From a bacterium (lineage in GTDB: Bacteria; SAR324; NAC60-12): DNA of 10,490 nt. The stretch spans positions 1 through 10,490 of the forward strand of contig CBDDTI010000612.1 of the NCBI GenBank assembly GCA_965233585.1, given 5' to 3'. Each line of letters begins with the position of its first letter. Positions within the stretch are counted from its first letter, which is position 1. The position numbers and the translations under genes are program-made. Shown here piece after piece: positions 7,786 through 10,490 of the stretch. The notes beneath the pieces are model-generated. The model was not told the origin of the DNA and made no database searches. It saw only the letters and a program-made list of their open reading frames with translations.

Positions 7786-8998
7786 ATACATGAAGGGCTG
7801 TAAAGGACTTCCGGTGGGGTACTGGTAGCATTCCATGTGTTTTAAAATCGTGTTATCAGGAGCTGCAGCCTGCTTTGAAATCTCCCTCCACATCCTGTAC
7901 ATTTACGGATATTTCCATGTCAGAACTCTAGCAGAAATGGATTTCTGTTATGGTATGGCTGTGGTAAAGCTGCTCGCTGGTGTGGACCTCCTGCTTGTAG
8001 GTGTAGAACTGCTACCTGATGCTGTGGACTGGCTGGCTGTTGGTGTTGACCTGCCACCTGAGGCTGTGAAGCTACTGTGTGCTGGTGTTGACCTGCTACC
8101 TGAGGCTGTGAAGCTACTGCATGCTGGTACTGACCTGCTTCCTGAGGCTGTGAAGCTACTGCTTGCTGGTGTTGACCTGCTGCATGAGGCTGTGACACTA
8201 CTGCGTGCTGGTGTTGACCTGCTCCCTGATACTGTGAAGCTACTGTTTGCTCCTGTTGACCTGCTACATGAGGCTGTGAAGCTACTGTGTGCTGGTGTTG
8301 TACTGCTACCTGATGCTGTGGGGCAACTGCCAACTGTACAGGACTTGCCACCTGTTGCTTTGGAACTTCTTCCTGCTGGTCCAAAGCTTTTGCCTGTTGG
8401 TGTGGACCTACTGCTTGCTGATAGCTGTAGTGCACCTGCTACCTGCTGCTGTATAGCCAAATCCTGCTGGTGTGAACCTCCTGTCAGCTGCTGCAGACCT
8501 CTGCCTTGCTGCTGTGGCCTTGGTGCATGTGGTTGTTGGTCGCTCTGTATCTGGAGCTGTGGATACGACAAACGTGTTTCTTGATTGACTTGTGTCCACT
8601 GCTTTGACCAAATTTCATATGGTTGCTCCCATGCTTGTGTCTCCTGCTGCTGCCGTGAAGCGGACACAGAGATATTAATTCCAATGTTGGTGTGAGTTAC
8701 TGTTACCTTGGCCATTCAGGGAGGCCTCACGCCCTTTTGACCCCTTCCATGCCTTCCACGAGGCATATCCACTGATACGAGGTTTGAAAAATTGATGGCA
8801 TTGCTACCTTGACTGCGCCTGAGGATTTTTAAGCCAATTGTAGAACTTAGGCTGTAATTTTTGGTGCTCTCTATAGACGATGGAGTGCGAGCAAATAGAC
8901 AGACTTTTCTTGTTTACGCAATTGCAAACAATTCGGCCTGTACTGTACTGTACCCGCTTACGACGTGTGGGTTCCAAGCATTAGTCTTGCTTGGAATG
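7786..8998 (-). pseudogene. C-terminal half of a SWIM zinc-finger protein, probably a Mutator-like (MULE) transposase
   Basis: Stitched frames: SKTNAWNPHVV..STGRIVCNCVNKKSLSICSHSIV (SWIM CxC-x8-CxH, 8926-8885), then NFSNLVSVDMPRGRHGRGQKG, a Q-rich repeat region, NPFLLEF*HGNIRKCTGC (CxxC 7901-7890) and APDNTILKHME. Several frameshifts and stops. Confidence 0.7.
7997..8332. repeat. 42-bp coding minisatellite, 8 copies (14-aa unit QHAVASQPQVAGQH on minus)
   Basis: Units start at 7997, 8039, 8081, 8123, 8165, 8207, 8249 and 8291. Consensus GCTGGTGTTGACCTGCTACCTGAGGCTGTGAAGCTACTGYGT. Diverged 21-bp half-units flank the array. Confidence 0.92.
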
Positions 8999-9100
8999 AG
9001 ATAGATAGTTTATTGGCATCTACATGGTAGCCATTGCCAAATTACGTACAGTAACTGTATATACTAAAGGGAAAAGAAACTTTAAAAATGCTATTAAAGT
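8999..9100 (-). mobile_element. Possible short LINE 3' tail fragment
   Basis: Minus strand AATAAA (9009-9014) followed by CTATCTATC exactly where the SWIM reading frame is lost. The right boundary is uncertain. Confidence 0.4.
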
Positions 9101-9145
9101 GTTTACCCAATGAAGAAGTTCGCTGTTTGCTCTTTCCACACTAAC

Positions 9146-9157
9146 TATATATATATA
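9146..9157. repeat. (TA)6 microsatellite at the 3' end of Naiad fragment A
   Basis: TATATATATATA seen directly. Confidence 0.9.
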
Positions 9158-9469
9158 ATCAAAAAGTAAGTTGAAATCCTCATCAACTGCAGAGTGCTCA
9201 ATAGCTGAACTAGAGCGATAATTAATTATAATGCAAGAGTTAGGTTATTAAGTCATTTATTTGCTACTCAGAGTTTCACGTTCCATGTAGAGCAATCATC
9301 AGGCAACTGCCAGAAAAAAACGGTTACAATCGAAGATATTTGAAAATGCAGAACAATAGAAAAGATGTCAAGTATGTTGCGTGACGTGTCACCACTAAGT
9401 AAATACATTTTTCAGAAGACATTTTTTAGCATGTCTACAGCACGATGCAGCAGAAATGAACTCGCGTCG
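9158..9469 (-). mobile_element. Penelope-like element (Naiad-type) fragment A: last 24 codons plus 3' pLTR
   Basis: RREFISAASCCRHAKKCLLKNVFT* (9469-9395) parallels the RNELVSSCRHRNKALLRNN* end of element B. Contains a hammerhead and is bounded by (TA)n on both sides. Confidence 0.8.
9261..9306 (-). ncRNA. Minimal type I hammerhead ribozyme (element A), weakened stem II
   Basis: TTGC-CTGATGA-ttgctctacatggaacgt-GAAA-CTCTGAG-TA-GCAA. GUA triplet, cut between 9265 and 9264. Confidence 0.8.
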
Positions 9470-9483
9470 TATATATATATATA
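9470..9483. repeat. (TA)7 microsatellite between Naiad A and B
   Basis: Seen directly. Confidence 0.9.
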
Positions 9484-9576
9484 GGAATTATGTGATCCGA
9501 TTTTTCCGTATTAGAGTGCTCGATACAATGAAGTAGAGCGCAATATATATTGAAAAAAGAAAAAAACTACACTTTT

Positions 9577-9619
9577 ATCCCGACAAGCCTGTTTCGTGAT
9601 TACTCACTCTTCAGGGGAT
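9577..9619 (-). ncRNA. Minimal type I hammerhead ribozyme (element B), intact
   Basis: ATCCC-CTGAAGA-GTGA-gtaa-TCAC-GAAA-CAGGCTTG-TC-GGGAT. 5-bp stem I, GNRA-capped stem II, near-palindromic stem III. GUC cut between 9582 and 9581. Confidence 0.93.
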
Positions 9620-9704
9620 TTTAATGACAAGAATATTCAAACCATCGGTTAAATACTATTTGAGTTACATAATACTGTAGAATAAAATTTAAATGGTTAA
9701 ATGT

Positions 9705-10139
9705 TTAGTTGTTACGTAGCAACGCTTTGTTTCTATGGCGGCAAGAAGATACAAGTTCGTTACGTTTGTTCAGCGATGACAGGTCAGGTCGACAGATGAT
9801 TAAAAATTTCTCTTTGAGACATAGATTACATCGTTTGTTGGAGCTGTTGTAAGATGAGCTAGATGAGAGAATACGCCATGAAATAGAGTGGTCAATGTTG
9901 TTGTCTTTAAGAGTCCAGATATGTTTGCTGAGTTCGGTAGAGTTCCTGTGTTTAGCGTTGTGGTTTCGGTATCGTGTCTTGAAGTCGTTTTCTGTGAGTC
10001 CGATGTATGTTTCAGTAGTGTTGTTGTCGTTACGCGTGACGGTTGCTTGGTAGATGACTGATGACTGAAGGCAGTTTCCGTTAAGAGGGCATGTGACCTT
10101 TTGTCGGCAGTTGCATGATTTCTTGTCAACGCGGTTATC
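9705..10139 (-). pseudogene. Naiad-type GIY-YIG endonuclease domain (5'-truncated, open frame)
   Basis: Manual translation: KSCNCRQKVTCPLNGNCLQSSVIYQATV...TYIGLTENDFKTRYRNH...STELSKHIWTLK...ISWRIL...RCNLCLKEKFLI...LNKRNELVSSCRHRNKALLRNN*. The ORF track shows the wrong frame here. Confidence 0.93.
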
Positions 10140-10490
10140 GGACTACGAATAACAATTGAAGCCAACAAAAAGATCATTAACTTTCTTGATGTCACCTTTA
10201 ACCTGAACAACAGCACCTACAAGCCTTTCACAAAACCTAACACCACTCTACAGTACGTTCATCGCGGGAGCAACCATCCACCGATCACCACAAAGAACAT
10301 ACCTGCTGGCATCAACAGACGGCTGTCATCCCTGTCATCGGACAAAACATCATTCGACCAAGCCGCCCCCCCGTACCAAAAAGCACTCGACGAAAACGGA
10401 TACCACTACACTCTACACTACGAGCCAACCACGACTGCCAAACGAAGAAACAGACAACGTAACAACGTTCTCTGGTATAACCCTCCATTT
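10140..10490 (+). pseudogene. Penelope/Naiad reverse transcriptase C-terminal motifs, thumb and linker (partial, open frame)
   Basis: GLRITIEANKKIINFLDVTFNL...YKPFTKPN...YVHRGSNHPP...INRRLSSLSS...PYQKALDENGY...RQRNNVLWYNPPF. 117 codons without a stop. Confidence 0.93.

Larger units (their letters stand above)
9484..10490. mobile_element. Penelope-like element (Naiad-type) B: 3' segment on minus (9484-10139) joined to a 5'-truncated copy on plus (10140 to window end)
   Basis: GIY-YIG domain, 3'UTR and hammerhead on minus. RT C-terminus/thumb on plus. Confidence 0.92.

Noticed and set aside
7835..8584. 249-aa Leu/Val-rich plus-strand ORF resembling a leucine-rich repeat protein
   Set aside because: Antisense shadow of the 42-bp minisatellite. 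Conserved motifs on both sides are on the minus strand.
8972..8996. 9-bp hairpin TTCCAAGCA/TGCTTGGAA
   Set aside because: Falls inside the SWIM coding remnant and is compatible with chance.
9307..10139. Selenoprotein-type Naiad (in-frame UGA plus SECIS)
   Set aside because: All visible Cys positions are TGY and no convincing SECIS fold is apparent in either 3'UTR.

Overview
AT-rich eukaryotic (metazoan, probably cnidarian/coral-like; inferred from spliceosomal introns, TE families and CpG decay) DNA that is almost entirely a nested transposon graveyard, with no intact host gene, no prokaryotic operon and no CRISPR. Left to right: a DIRS/Ngaro-like gag fragment (-) split by a LINE 3' tail; a 1.77-kb internally deleted DNA transposon with ~295-bp TIRs (IS3EU-like) containing a truncated foldback MITE; two small non-autonomous elements; a stand-alone minimal hammerhead ribozyme (3509-3553, +); a 5S rRNA-derived relic (-); a full-length 2.88-kb PIF/Harbinger-superfamily (Pangu-like) transposon (4907-7782; dead DDE transposase, open Myb/SANT-like partner ORF) inserted into a decayed SWIM-finger (Mutator-like) gene with a 42-bp coding minisatellite; and two different Naiad-type Penelope-like retroelements stacked in (TA)n, each with a hammerhead plus a shared, apparently covarying 3' stem-loop, the second joined to an inverted RT segment. 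The most novel-looking signals are the covarying Naiad 3' stem-loop and the isolated hammerhead unit. All family names come from recalled motifs, not database searches.
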